Of a stretch of 64,000 bases of DNA, positions 18,768 through 30,039 are shown one piece after another. Source of the stretch: Caldilineaceae bacterium (GTDB lineage: Bacteria; Chloroflexota; Anaerolineae; Caldilineales; Caldilineaceae); assembly GCA_965208965.1 (NCBI GenBank), contig OZ242384.1, positions 3,745,838-3,809,837 of the forward strand. Reading direction: 5' to 3'. The position numbers and the translations under genes are program-made. The notes beneath the pieces were generated by a model. The model was not told the origin of the DNA and did not search any database. It worked only from the letters and a program-made list of their open reading frames with translations. Within the stretch, counting starts at the first letter, position 1. Each line of letters begins with the position of its first letter.

Positions 18768-21257
18768 CTACCCCTCGTCGGTCATCAGGTTGGCGACTGT
18801 CACGCCGTCATCGCCCTCGCCAATCTCGCCGGGCCGGTATCTGCTCACCAGGGGATGGCCCTTCAGGGCGGCGCGAACGGCATCCCGCATAGCCCCGGTC
18901 CCCTTACCATGAATGATGCGCACCCATGGAAGGTTCTCGAGATACGCGTCGTCGAGATAGCCTTCCAGCCGTTGCAGCCCGGCATCCACCCTCTCGCCGC
19001 GCAGATCGATCTCAGTAAGAGAGTCCGAACTGGCGCCTCCCGTTTTGGACTTCGTCTGTACCCTTACAGCAGGTTGCGGGACGGATGAAGCCTCTGATTG
19101 GGCTTTGCTCCGCAGCTCCAGCCGCCTGATGGGCAGCCTGAGGCGGAAGTTCCCAACCTGGACGTCGGCCTCGTGCGGTGCCCCCGCTCGCTTCTCGACT
19201 ACGATAACTTCGCCTGTCGCCTGGAGATTGGGAACGAAGACACGGTCTCCCTTTTCGATGGGACCGCCAACACGCACGTCGGGCGCGCCCGGCGTCGCGA
19301 CCTCCTGTTCGACGCGGCCTTCTGTATCGAGCTGGCGGCGGCCAACGGTTTGGGTGGCCTGTTGCAGGAACTGTGTGTGGGCATCCTGGCTGTCGATCCC
19401 GCCCTTGGCCATACGCCGGCGAAAAGAATCGATCTCCCTTCTTATCTCAGCCAGCTCATTCTGCATGGTCGTGCGGGTCTCCGCCACAACTTGGCGGCGG
19501 GCCTCTTCGATTCTGGCCAGCTGATAGCGCAGGTCCTCTTCGGCGACATGGGCCCGACTTTCTCTCTCCTTGGCGTGGTCGAGAACGCGTTTCGCCTCCT
19601 GGCGGGCGTGACGCACATCCTCCAGCATGGCTTCAACTTCGAGGGACTCCGGACGCGACATCTTTTCCGCGTCATCGACGATGACAGGATTCAGGCCGAG
19701 CCTGCGGGCGATGGTCAGGGCATTGGAGCGGCCAGGCAGGCCGATACTGAGCTCAAATGTAGGGCTCAGGTTTTCGACGTCGAACTCAACGGAGGCGTTG
19801 CGTACGCCCGCGGTGTTGTGTGCATAGAGTTTGAGATCGCTGTAGTGTGTCGTGGCCAGCGTCGTAATGCCGCGATCGCGCAGGTTTTCCAGCAGAGCCG
19901 CGGCGAGGGCAGAACCTTCGTCCGGATCCGTGCCGGCGCCGAGTTCATCGAGCAGGACGAGGCTCTGGGGGTCTGCCTCTTCCAGGATGCTTATGATATT
20001 TGTCATGTGACTTGAAAACGTGCTCAAGTTCTGTTCGATCGACTGCTCGTCGCCGATGTCTGCGTAGACGCCTTCAAAGACGGAAAGGGAGCTGCCCTCC
20101 TCGACCGGGATCATCATGCCCGACTGAGCCATAAGAGTCAGAAGACCGACGGTCTTGAGCGTAACTGTCTTTCCGCCGGTATTGGGGCCGGTGACGACAA
20201 GAATGTAGCAGTCGTTGTCGAAGTATGCGTCGATTGGGACGACGGATTCCGGGTCCAGAAGTGGATGGCGGGCCTGACGGTAGTTGAGGACGGAGCCGGG
20301 GTGCTGGATTGTGCGTTCTTCCTTGGTATCTTCGTCGATTCCTGCGAAAATCTCTGCGCGCTTCTGCTGGAAGGGTACGATCTCGGGCGCGGTGGCTTCC
20401 ATTTCGAGGGCGTACTTGGCCTTGGCAAAAGTGAAGTCGAGCTGGGAGAGAATCTGTACGTTGCGGCTGATGTAGGGCCCTTCATCGGCAACCAGGTCCG
20501 AGAGTTCCGAAAGTATGCGCCGTACCTCCTTCTCTTCCTCCAGTTCCAGCTCCCGCACGGCGTTGTTCTGCTCGACCACGGTCAGCGGTTCAATGAAGAA
20601 GGTGGCGCCGCTCGCAGACTGATCGTGAACGATTCCCTGCACCTGCCCCTTGTACTCCGATCGCACCGGTATGACGTAGCGGCCCTGCCGCTGCGTGACG
20701 ATCGATTCCTGCAGAAATGGGATGACTTCAGTATTCTGTACCAGCCTGTCCAATGTACTCAGCAGCCTGTCCTGGGCGACTCGTAGTTGGGCGCGGATCC
20801 GGCCCAGGTCTGAGGACGCGCTGTCGACCACCTCGGCGCGGTCGTTGATGCAGCGGCTGATTTCGCCGATAACGTGTTCACAGGGCTCGATAGAGAATGC
20901 GATATCGGCCAGTCGCGGGAACTGACGGTTGAGCCGCGTCAAAGTATTGCGAAGTGTGCGGGCGCGCATTAAGGTCGTACGAACTTCAACCAGCTCGGTC
21001 GGAATCAGGATACTTCCTCGTTCGGACTTTGCCACGAGGGCGCGTAAGTCGTAGACGCCGCCAAAGTAAACGTCCGTCTTCTGGTCAAGCAGACGGCATG
21101 CTTCGCTGGTCTGCTCCATCCAATCGTTGATTGTACGCAAATCGTCGCTGGGAAGAAGTGAAGACGCCAGTTCGGCGCCGCCTTCAAAGGCGCAAAACGC
21201 GGCCAGTTGCTTCAGTATTTTATCGTATTCGAGAACGCGAATCGTATGGGGATTCAT
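18768..21257 (-). CDS. mutS2: endonuclease MutS2 (MutS domain V ATPase + C-terminal Smr)
   Basis: MNPHTIRVLEYDKIL..., Walker A GPNTGGKTVTLKTVGL, and Smr domain IDLRGERVDAGL...IIHGKGTGAMRDAV. Confidence 0.95.
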   Translation of the reverse strand: MNPHTIRVLEYDKILKQLAAFCAFEGGAELASSLLPSDDLRTINDWMEQTSEACRLLDQKTDVYFGGVYDLRALVAKSERGSILIPTELVEVRTTLMRARTLRNTLTRLNRQFPRLADIAFSIEPCEHVIGEISRCINDRAEVVDSASSDLGRIRAQLRVAQDRLLSTLDRLVQNTEVIPFLQESIVTQRQGRYVIPVRSEYKGQVQGIVHDQSASGATFFIEPLTVVEQNNAVRELELEEEKEVRRILSELSDLVADEGPYISRNVQILSQLDFTFAKAKYALEMEATAPEIVPFQQKRAEIFAGIDEDTKEERTIQHPGSVLNYRQARHPLLDPESVVPIDAYFDNDCYILVVTGPNTGGKTVTLKTVGLLTLMAQSGMMIPVEEGSSLSVFEGVYADIGDEQSIEQNLSTFSSHMTNIISILEEADPQSLVLLDELGAGTDPDEGSALAAALLENLRDRGITTLATTHYSDLKLYAHNTAGVRNASVEFDVENLSPTFELSIGLPGRSNALTIARRLGLNPVIVDDAEKMSRPESLEVEAMLEDVRHARQEAKRVLDHAKERESRAHVAEEDLRYQLARIEEARRQVVAETRTTMQNELAEIRREIDSFRRRMAKGGIDSQDAHTQFLQQATQTVGRRQLDTEGRVEQEVATPGAPDVRVGGPIEKGDRVFVPNLQATGEVIVVEKRAGAPHEADVQVGNFRLRLPIRRLELRSKAQSEASSVPQPAVRVQTKSKTGGASSDSLTEIDLRGERVDAGLQRLEGYLDDAYLENLPWVRIIHGKGTGAMRDAVRAALKGHPLVSRYRPGEIGEGDDGVTVANLMTDEG

Positions 21258-21325
21258 CCTTGAACTCTGGCGCTAGACATTTGCGATTCTGGGCCGATCA
21301 TATCACAGCGCGTACCCTGAATCCA

Positions 21326-21358
21326 AAGAAAAAGCCAGCGGCAGAGTGTGGCTTTTTC
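21326..21358 (-). terminator. putative intrinsic terminator downstream of era (A-run/T-run flanked, potentially bidirectional)
   Basis: AAAAGCCA (21330-21337), 11-nt loop, TGGCTTTT (21349-21356). On the minus strand the stem is followed by UUUUUCUUU. The GC core of the stem is short. Confidence 0.45.
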
Positions 21359-21413
21359 GGCGCGACTTCGGGGCCAATGCGCCCGCTCCAACCGGGCCTC
21401 TCTCCTGTACTCC

Positions 21414-22403
21414 CTACATGTGATAACCAAGCCGCCTCAGGAGATTCTCCTTCCGGCGCCACTTCTGCAACACCTTCACCCAGAGCTCCAGGTAGACGCG
21501 CGTGCCGACCATTTCTTCGATTTCCGGTCGGGCGGCCTGCCCGATTTTCTTGATCATGGAGCCCTTGCCGCCCAATACGATTCCCTTCTGGCTGTGGCGC
21601 TCTACGTATAGCGTGACGGCAATATGTGTCATCTCAGGACTGCGCTCGTTCCACTCGGTCACCGACACGGCCAGGCTGTGCGGGATCTCCTGGCGCAGAA
21701 GCCGGAGGGCCTTTTCCCGAACGATTTCCGCGGCGATGAATCGCATGGAAAGGTCTGTAACCTGTTCGCTCGGGTAGTAGAGCGGGCCGGGAGGGAGGAG
21801 CTCGGCCAGCGCGTTGACGAGTTCCTCTACCCCCTCACCGGTTTCGGCGCTCAAGGTCAACACGGGAACCGACGCCTGACCCCCGTCGGCTGCGGTAAGC
21901 CAGCGCAGGAGGGCCAGATACTCGTCCTTCCGTTCCTCGATGGCGGCGTCGGCCAGGCTGTCGACCTTGTTGGCGCCGAGCAGCATAAAGGGTAGCTCGC
22001 CGCCCGCGTCCAGCAATTCCTTGAGTCGCTCGACGATATAGAGGTCTTCGTCGGTTGGTGGTGTCGCTACGTCTACCAGCCACAGTATTACGTCGGAATC
22101 GCTGGCGATCGCCTGTTCAGCTACGTTAACCATGTGCTTGCCGAGCTTGCTGCGGGGCTGGTGGATTCCGGGCGTGTCGAGAAAGATAAACTGAGCGTCG
22201 TCATCGGTGCGAATGCCCAGGATCTGGTCGCGAGTCGTCTGCGGTTTGTCGCTGGTGATGGCTATCTTCTGCCCGAGCAACTGGTTCAATAGAGTCGACT
22301 TGCCGACATTCGGTCGTCCTATCACGGCGATGAAGCCGCTGCGAAACGACGTCGCAGATTCATCACTTCCATTCTCAGTTAAGGTTAGGGTTATCATGGA
22401 CAT
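21414..22403 (-). CDS. era: GTPase Era
   Basis: G1 GRPNVGKST, G3 DTPGIH and a C-terminal KH domain pattern. Start set to ATG 22403 (or 22397), not the track start 22616. Confidence 0.95.
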   Translation of the reverse strand: MSMITLTLTENGSDESATSFRSGFIAVIGRPNVGKSTLLNQLLGQKIAITSDKPQTTRDQILGIRTDDDAQFIFLDTPGIHQPRSKLGKHMVNVAEQAIASDSDVILWLVDVATPPTDEDLYIVERLKELLDAGGELPFMLLGANKVDSLADAAIEERKDEYLALLRWLTAADGGQASVPVLTLSAETGEGVEELVNALAELLPPGPLYYPSEQVTDLSMRFIAAEIVREKALRLLRQEIPHSLAVSVTEWNERSPEMTHIAVTLYVERHSQKGIVLGGKGSMIKKIGQAARPEIEEMVGTRVYLELWVKVLQKWRRKENLLRRLGYHM

Positions 22404-22648
22404 ACTCTCAAGGGCAGCGCCGGCCCGGCTGGACCGGGGGCAGGTATCTCGGCCCCGGCGCATTATAGCATAAACGACTGAAACCCGATCGGGGTTCCTG
22501 AATAGATGCGATGAGAAAAACTGCAGGCGCGGCCGTCCGTTCTCGCGTCGCGCCTGGACGGCTGCGTACGGGGCGCAATGGCAGAAGTTGCAGACCTCCT
22601 GTTGGAGGCGTGTCAACTGTTTGGCTGGTTAAGGAGAAGAGTGGAGAG

Positions 22649-22720
22649 TGGATCGGACAGGACTCGAACCTGTAACCCAGGAGTTATGAGCTCCTTGCTC
22701 TGCCATTGAGCTACCGATCC
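22649..22720 (-). tRNA. tRNA-Met (anticodon CAT), elongator-type (or Ile2 if lysidinylated)
   Basis: The reverse complement reads GGATCGGTAGCTCAATGGCAGAGCAAGGAGCTCATAACTCCTGGGTTACAGGTTCGAGTCCTGTCCGATCCA. It forms a cloverleaf with T-loop GGTTCGAGTCC. A G1-C72 pair is present and there is no GGG/CCC in the anticodon stem. CCA is not encoded. Confidence 0.9.
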
Positions 22721-22742
22721 AACCTTGGGACGAAGGGCTTAG

Positions 22743-22813
22743 AGCGGGTAGCGGGAATCGAACCCGCATCGTCGGCTTGGAAGGCCGGCGCTCTACCATT
22801 GAGCTATACCCGC
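22743..22813 (-). tRNA. tRNA-Gly (anticodon TCC)
   Basis: The reverse complement reads GCGGGTATAGCTCAATGGTAGAGCGCCGGCCTTCCAAGCCGACGATGCGGGTTCGATTCCCGCTACCCGCT. The anticodon loop is CTTCCAA. Confidence 0.9.
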
Positions 22814-22816
22814 AAG

Positions 22817-22890
22817 TCGGGGAGAGAGGATTTGAACCTCCGACCCCAGCGTCCCAAACGCTGTGCGCTGCCAGACTGCGCTACTCCCCG
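22817..22890 (-). tRNA. tRNA-Pro (anticodon TGG)
   Basis: The reverse complement reads CGGGGAGTAGCGCAGTCTGGCAGCGCACAGCGTTTGGGACGCTGGGGTCGGAGGTTCAAATCCTCTCTCCCCGA. The anticodon loop is TTTGGGA. Confidence 0.9.
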
Positions 22891-23080
22891 GTTCTGCGCC
22901 AACTCATTATAGCCCTAATCGCCCGGAAAAACAATTTCCGCGGAGTTCTTGTGGCGCAGCCAAAAGTGGGTGGTGAGCTCTTGCAAACCTGTGGCAGCGA
23001 ATGGACCATGGCCTGTCCGCATTCGACTCTGGGGCGGAAGAAGCGCCCGCCTCCGCCTTCCCTCTCAATCTACGCTAGGA

Positions 23081-23977
23081 CTAACCGCTGCTCGTGTTTC
23101 CACAGTTCACGACAAGCTCGTCCCGTCTTCCCCGCAATTCCAGCCAGTCAAGCACAGCGATTGCGCTCGTGTATTCTGCGGCTGCAGCGCACCAATTCTC
23201 CTCGCGGGCGAAACTTTCTCCCTGTTGGACGTGCGCCCTTTGCAGGAGGTACTGTACGTCGCGATACTCGGGATCCATGCGGTACAGATCCCCAAGGAGA
23301 CGAATGACTCGGGACCAGTCTGCCCCCCAATATGTTTTCACATCGACGTAGTGAGCGGTCATGTAGCGCTCTTGTTGGATCAACGTATTGTTCGGGTCCA
23401 CTTCAAGGGCACTGTCAAACAGCTGCACTGCCTCTTCCAGGTTTCCCTCGGCGATTACCGCCCGGGCCGACTCGACGTAGGAGAAGAAGAGCAGCTCGTC
23501 CCTTTCAACGACTTTGTAGTCGGTCTGCATGGTCCGTACGAGCAACAGGCGCTGAATGGCCTCCTGCCAGCGGCCCTCTCCAAACAGAGTAACTGCCCTG
23601 GCCCATTCGATGTCAACGGCCGTCGGCTCGGCGTTCGTTTCCGGAACCGTCTCTACCTTAGGGGGCGCCTCCAGCGCCAGTATTGCGCTGTGCGCTGCCT
23701 CATTCTGCGGGTCGAACGAAATTATCCTCTCGTATACGGCGCGGGCCTCGTCGTGCATGCCGGCGTCCAGCATGTCTGAAGCGCGTTGCAGGAGAATGGC
23801 GACCTGCTGCCGTGTATGCGCTTCGCCGCGCTTGAGCCCGTCGCGATAGCCCAGAACAACCATTGCCAGGATTACAATGACGGCAAGCGCCGTCGAGGAA
23901 GTTACGATAGTCCAGAATGATGTAGGCAGGCCGCGAAGGGTTAGCGGGGCATCGCTGCTATGTTGCCGATTTTCCAT
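23081..23977 (-). CDS. membrane-anchored TPR-repeat protein
   Basis: N-terminal TM ([24 protein letters not shown]) followed by TPR-like helical repeats (…[17 protein letters not shown]…, …[10 protein letters not shown]…). It overlaps the metK 3' end by 20 nt. Confidence 0.7.
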   Translation of the reverse strand: MENRQHSSDAPLTLRGLPTSFWTIVTSSTALAVIVILAMVVLGYRDGLKRGEAHTRQQVAILLQRASDMLDAGMHDEARAVYERIISFDPQNEAAHSAILALEAPPKVETVPETNAEPTAVDIEWARAVTLFGEGRWQEAIQRLLLVRTMQTDYKVVERDELLFFSYVESARAVIAEGNLEEAVQLFDSALEVDPNNTLIQQERYMTAHYVDVKTYWGADWSRVIRLLGDLYRMDPEYRDVQYLLQRAHVQQGESFAREENWCAAAAEYTSAIAVLDWLELRGRRDELVVNCGNTSSG

Positions 23978-25205
23978 TTCTGACGTTGGTTCGGGATACT
24001 GCCCGCTTCAGCAAGTGGGCCTTGTCGGTAGATTCCCAGGGCAGACAGATGTCGTCGCGGCCGAAATGTCCGTAGGTTGCGGTCTGCCGGTAGATCGGAC
24101 GGCGAAGGTCGAGATCGCGAATAATGGCGCCGGGACGCAGGTCGAAATGTTCGCCTATCAATCTTTCAATCTCTTCATCGCTGGTACTTCCGGTGCCGAA
24201 AGTTTCGACATTGACACTCAGTGGCCGGGCCACGCCGATGGCATAGGCCAGCTGGATTTCGCAGCGGTCTGCGAGGTCGGCGGCGACGATGTTTTTGGCG
24301 ACCCAGCGGGCCGCGTAAGCGCCGCTGCGGTCGACCTTTGTGCAGTCTTTGCCGCTGAAAGCACCGCCTCCGTGCCGGCCCATGCCGCCGTAAGTGTCGA
24401 CGATTATTTTGCGGCCTGTCAGACCGGCGTCGCCCATCGGACCACCGACGACAAAGCGGCCGGTTGGGTTTACGTAGATGAGCATGTCCTCGTCGACGAG
24501 CTCCTCGGGCAGCGAAGGGATTATGCAAAGTTCGGTTACCTGGCGCTTGATCTCTTCCTGACAGATGTCGGGAAGATGCTGTGTGCTGATCAAGACGGTG
24601 TGAATACGTTTCGGCTTGCCGAAACTGTACTCCACCGTTACCTGTGATTTGCCGTCTGGGCACAACCAGGGCAGTTCGCCGCACTTGCGGAGCATGGCAA
24701 GGCGGCGGCTGAGCTTATGGGCCAGGTAGATGGGCAAGGGCATCAGCGAGTCGGTCTCATTGCAGGCGAAGCCGAACATCATGCCTTGGTCGCCCGCGCC
24801 AACAGACTCGATCTCATCCTCCTCGCTGTCCATGGTGTCGTTCTTGAACTCCTGCGCCTGGTCCACGCCGAGCGCGATGTCCGGCGACTGCGAAGCAATG
24901 GCGACCTGCACACCGCAAGTGTCGGCGTCGAAGCCTTTGGTGCTGCTGTCGAATCCGATCTCCTTGACAACCTTCCTTACGAGTTCATCATAGTTCACTG
25001 AAGCCGTTGTCGTTATCTCACCGAGAAGAATTACAAATCCCGTCTTTACGGCCGCCTCGCAAGCGATTCGCGCTTGGGGATCCTGGCAGATGATGGCGTC
25101 AACGACCGCGTCGCTGATCTGATCGCACATCTTGTCGGGGTGTCCCTCCGTTACCGATTCACTGGTAAAGAGTAGAGACGGAGCGGTCATGAAAGTGCTG
25201 CTCAT
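23958..25205 (-). CDS. metK: S-adenosylmethionine synthetase
   Basis: [37 protein letters not shown] and DTYGG motifs. AGGAGA lies 7 nt upstream of ATG 25205; ATG 25211 is too close to the RBS. Confidence 0.95.
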   Translation of the reverse strand: MSSTFMTAPSLLFTSESVTEGHPDKMCDQISDAVVDAIICQDPQARIACEAAVKTGFVILLGEITTTASVNYDELVRKVVKEIGFDSSTKGFDADTCGVQVAIASQSPDIALGVDQAQEFKNDTMDSEEDEIESVGAGDQGMMFGFACNETDSLMPLPIYLAHKLSRRLAMLRKCGELPWLCPDGKSQVTVEYSFGKPKRIHTVLISTQHLPDICQEEIKRQVTELCIIPSLPEELVDEDMLIYVNPTGRFVVGGPMGDAGLTGRKIIVDTYGGMGRHGGGAFSGKDCTKVDRSGAYAARWVAKNIVAADLADRCEIQLAYAIGVARPLSVNVETFGTGSTSDEEIERLIGEHFDLRPGAIIRDLDLRRPIYRQTATYGHFGRDDICLPWESTDKAHLLKRAVSRTNVRNGKSAT

Positions 25206-25250
25206 TTGCATTTCTCCTGCTAGCCGCTTTTCTGGCGGCGTTCGACGGTC

Positions 25251-26549
<1,299 letters not shown>

Positions 26550-26644
26550 TCAAACGGGTGTTGGAACTTTAGGAACGAGCAGATCAATCTCTGAAGTGAA
26601 GCCAACCGTACCTGCCCTTGTACTGCGGTCCTGCTTCCCAAATC

Positions 26645-26674
26645 ATTCTACGGAATTCTACGATGAAATGACAA
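26645..26674 (-). promoter_or_regulatory. candidate promoter for ahcY-metK
   Basis: On the minus strand: TTGTCA (26674-26669), 18 nt spacer, TAGAAT (26650-26645). This sits in an AT-rich patch about 110 nt upstream of the ahcY ATG. Confidence 0.35.
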
Positions 26675-26777
26675 AACACTTCGGATCCTAGCTTCTCATA
26701 TATGGATCTGGCAACCAAACTTTATTCGTCCAAGTTGGGCATTTGCACAAATAAACTATTTCTTTGATGTTGTGTAC

Positions 26778-27769
26778 TTAACCTGAATTCGGAGTAACTG
26801 AGCGCCTAACCAAGCTGGTAGAATAGAAGTTCGACAACAACGAATCACCAGCATGGAAAGGCGCTCAAGATGAGTATACTTGAACTGTTCTGTGATGTCG
26901 ATGCTTTATGTCAGTGGCTGAGTAGATGGGAGGATGCGAAGCTGTTTGTGCTGACTGGTAAGCGAGGGCCGGCCCCTCGGCTGAGCTTGAGCGAAGTAAT
27001 GACGATTCTGATTCACTTTCATCAGTCGCATTATCGCAATTTCAAAGCCTACTATAGGCAGCACGTGTGTAAGCATCTATGCAGTGAATTCCCTGCTCTG
27101 GTCAGTTATACGCGTTTTGTGGAGTTGATTCCAGCCGTTTTGCCAGCCATGTGTCTCTATCTGCGCGTGCGCTTTGGCCAGGGAACAGGGGTCGCATTCA
27201 TTGATTCAACCCCGTTGCCAGTCTGCCACAACCAGCGCATCGGTCGCCACCGGGTCTTTGCCGGGATGGCCAGGCGCGGCAAGAGCAGCTTGGGTTGGTT
27301 CTATGGCTTCAAGCTCCATCTGATTGTCAACGACCAGGGGGAGTTGCTGGCGGTTCAACTCACGCCCGCCAACACCGATGACCGCAAACCGGTCCCACAG
27401 ATGTCCAAATCGTTGTGGGGTAAGCTGGTTGGCGACCGCGGCTATCTCTCCCAGGCTCTCTTTGAGCAACTCTACGCACAAGGACTGCAACTGATCACCC
27501 CGATTCGCAAAAACATGCGCAATCGACTCGTCCTTCTCCAAGACAAGCTGCTGACACGCAAACGTTTCATTATCGAGACCATCATCGACCAACTCAAGAA
27601 TATCTCCCAGATTGAACACACCCGCCACCGCAGCAGCACCAACTTTCTTGTCAATCTCATCGCCGGCCTGATTGCCTACACTTGGCAACCCCCAAAAACC
27701 GTCTCTTCATCTCTGCGAAAATGAGTTGGCCCTCTTGCCAACCACTATCTAACTCCGAACTCAGGTTAA
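26778..27769 (+). mobile_element. IS982-family insertion sequence (about 0.99 kb), apparently intact
   Basis: Terminal inverted repeats are TTAACCTGAATTCGGAGT (26778-26795) and ACTCCGAACTCAGGTTAA (27752-27769), matching 17/18. A single transposase ORF lies between them. The element is visibly lower in GC than its flanks. I see no clear target-site duplication. Confidence 0.8.
26870..27724 (+). CDS. IS982 family transposase (DDE)
   Basis: [17 protein letters not shown]..., [15 protein letters not shown]..., [19 protein letters not shown]..., GDRGYLS..., [35 protein letters not shown]. This is the pattern I associate with IS982-family transposases. Confidence 0.85.
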   Translation: MSILELFCDVDALCQWLSRWEDAKLFVLTGKRGPAPRLSLSEVMTILIHFHQSHYRNFKAYYRQHVCKHLCSEFPALVSYTRFVELIPAVLPAMCLYLRVRFGQGTGVAFIDSTPLPVCHNQRIGRHRVFAGMARRGKSSLGWFYGFKLHLIVNDQGELLAVQLTPANTDDRKPVPQMSKSLWGKLVGDRGYLSQALFEQLYAQGLQLITPIRKNMRNRLVLLQDKLLTRKRFIIETIIDQLKNISQIEHTRHRSSTNFLVNLIAGLIAYTWQPPKTVSSSLRK

Positions 27770-28225
27770 CTATCTTGGCAGGGGAAGGCATCACGAAAAC
27801 CTGTCCAGGATTCGCGAACTGGAGGCAGAACTGCGGGGCCGGCAAGGGGCTTAGCGCCTCGGCCCATACGATCAGCATAGCGCGGCAATCCGGACTCCCG
27901 TCCGGCGGGCCTGCAACTGACCAGACGCGAATTCAGGTCAGGGCAACCTGTCTAAAGCGGAAGGCGATCCTCGCTTGTAACAGTGGGGAAAGCGCACTTT
28001 GGCGGGAAGCAAGTCCTTGCACGCTGTAACCTGTCCCCAATGCTTGTATCACCCGTAATGTTAGTCCGACAAGCACGGGGACAGGTTCGGCAGGCAAGAG
28101 GGCCTGAGCCGCTGTGAGGGCGGGACAAATCCGGGCTGAATTCATCTGCTTCGTGGGAAGATCGAACAGGGCCATCAGGCAGGATGTCACCAACGGCCCC
28201 TTTGACCGCGTGATCGCCTCCCACG

Positions 28226-29182
28226 TCAAGCCGGCTCTCCCCAGAGCAGCCTTTCCCCGAAAGCCTCCTCGTACCGGAGCGCAAACTCCTCTTGGGTGAA
28301 CCGGTGATTGGTTGTACCAAACTGCTCCAGTACGTAGGTGGCGCACAGCGCACCGACGCGGCCGCACACATCTACCGGCAGGCCCGCGCTATGTGCCGCA
28401 AAATAGGCGCCGCGATAAGCGTCACCGGCTCCCGTCGGTTCAGCCACCTTCTGTGGCGGCGCTATCGGTATATGGTACTCTTGGCCCTCATGATAGATCC
28501 TGCTGCCGGCTCTTCCTTCTGTTACGACGAGCGTGCCGACCTCCTGAACAATCGTCTCTCTCGACCAGCCGGTCTTCTCTTCGATGACTGCCATTTCGTA
28601 GTCATTGACCATCAGCCAGGCGGCGCCGGGAATACTCCTGCGCAGGTCCTCTCCGCTAAACCGCGCCGTCTGCTGGCTGGGATCGTAGGCGAACGGGATG
28701 CCCAGCTCCCGGCACTCCGACGTAAAGTTAAGCATGGCCTGCGGATCGTTGGGGCTGATGATCACCACGTCCGCATCGGTTAGACCGTGGTCTGCGAGCG
28801 AGACGTCGCGGCAGTCGCTCATCGCGCCGGAGTAGAAGTTCGCGATTTGGTTCTGCTCTTCGTCAGTGCTCACGAAGAAACTGGCGGTGAATTTGCTGGG
28901 GATTTCGACGATATGGTCGGTGCGGATACCGTGCTCGTCCAGCCAGGCCTTATAATCGCCGAAGTCCTGGCCTACAGTTCCAAAGACGATCGGATCGCCG
29001 CCGAGGAGCTTTAGGGAGTAAGCGATATTCGCGGCCGTGCCTCCCCTCTGGCGAACCATGTCCTCCACCAGGAAACTGACGCTCAGGCTGGACAGTTTTT
29101 CGGAAATGATCTGGTCGGTAAAGCGTCCCGGGAAGGACATCAGGTAGTCATATGCGATTGAGCCGGAAACGACGATTCTCAT
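28226..29182 (-). CDS. adoK: PfkB-family adenosine kinase
   Basis: MRIVVSGSIAYDYLMSFPGRFTDQIISEKLSSLSVSFLVEDMVRQRGGTAANIAYSL... and C-terminal PTGAGDAYRGAYF. By recollection it is close to the mycobacterial-type adenosine kinase. Start at ATG 29182, not the TTG at 29275. Confidence 0.75.
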   Translation of the reverse strand: MRIVVSGSIAYDYLMSFPGRFTDQIISEKLSSLSVSFLVEDMVRQRGGTAANIAYSLKLLGGDPIVFGTVGQDFGDYKAWLDEHGIRTDHIVEIPSKFTASFFVSTDEEQNQIANFYSGAMSDCRDVSLADHGLTDADVVIISPNDPQAMLNFTSECRELGIPFAYDPSQQTARFSGEDLRRSIPGAAWLMVNDYEMAVIEEKTGWSRETIVQEVGTLVVTEGRAGSRIYHEGQEYHIPIAPPQKVAEPTGAGDAYRGAYFAAHSAGLPVDVCGRVGALCATYVLEQFGTTNHRFTQEEFALRYEEAFGERLLWGEPA

Positions 29183-29217
29183 GGGGCACCTGTTCGAAAA
29201 ATTGTTCAGATGAAAGT

Positions 29218-29955
29218 TTATTCGCCGTCGCTTTCCAGGCGAACCAGGACGGAAGGGCTCAGCGCTGACTCGCAAGCGCCTTCAGGCGTACGCTCTACCC
29301 GGTAGGCGGTAGCGCTCGCACGGGAGGAGACTACGCGGGGCGGCCCGGAGCCGGCGAAGTGCAGGGCTGCGTTGTCATCGATTCCAAAGCCGCCGGCCAT
29401 CCCCCCTTCGGCGATCAAGCGCTCGTATGTGGGCCGCCGTTCGGACTCCCCGTCAAAGTGGGGCGAGCAGCTGCCGGAGAGAAACCCGAGGCAGCTGAGA
29501 GCGGTAAGCTTACCCGGAATCGAATCGGTGAGACCTTCTTCGAACCAGCAAATGGCGCCCGCGCTGACGCCGGAAAGGAGTGTGCCTTGTTCCCACGCCT
29601 GTCCCAGCGTCCGGTCCACACCCCATTCTCTCCAAAGAGCCAGCATCGACTTCGTATTGCCGCCCCCAACATAGATGATGTCCTGTGTCAGGAGAAACCC
29701 GGCAATGTCGGCTGTGTGAGGCTTGAAGAGGGAGAGGTCGGAAGGCAGCGCGTTGAGCGCCAGAAAGTGACGGTAAAAGTTGGCGACGTAGAAGGCGTCC
29801 TCACCGCTTCCCTGGGACAAAAAACAGATTCGAGGACTTCCTGCAGGCACCTGGTTCAGAATGTAGCAGCTCAGGGCGGCGTCCTCGTCACCGGTCGTCA
29901 AGTTGTGGCCGCCAAGGGCGATTATCTGTCCCAACGCATTCCTGCTGGCTGACAT
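29218..29955 (-). CDS. peptidase S51 family protein (dipeptidase E / cyanophycinase-like)
   Basis: VGGGNTKSMLALW and GVSAGAICW (nucleophile Ser) motifs. Confidence 0.8.
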   Translation of the reverse strand: MSASRNALGQIIALGGHNLTTGDEDAALSCYILNQVPAGSPRICFLSQGSGEDAFYVANFYRHFLALNALPSDLSLFKPHTADIAGFLLTQDIIYVGGGNTKSMLALWREWGVDRTLGQAWEQGTLLSGVSAGAICWFEEGLTDSIPGKLTALSCLGFLSGSCSPHFDGESERRPTYERLIAEGGMAGGFGIDDNAALHFAGSGPPRVVSSRASATAYRVERTPEGACESALSPSVLVRLESDGE

Positions 29956-30039
29956 TTTCCCTGTCTTTACGCGAGAAACTGAACTGACAACCTTCGCAAT
30001 TCTGAATTGAGAATGGGTTGCTGGGAATTCGAAGGGCGG

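Noticed and set aside
22649-22720. tRNA-Met(CAT) as initiator tRNA
   Set aside because: It has a normal G1-C72 pair and lacks the three consecutive G-C pairs at the bottom of the anticodon stem. It is therefore an elongator Met (or Ile2) type.
28028-28087. Long imperfect hairpin AACCTGTCCCC…TGCTTGT-21 nt-ACAAGCA…GGGGACAGGTT as the adoK terminator
   Set aside because: There is no U-tract on either strand, and it lies about 140 nt beyond the adoK stop. It may be structural or IS-related, so I did not call it a terminator.
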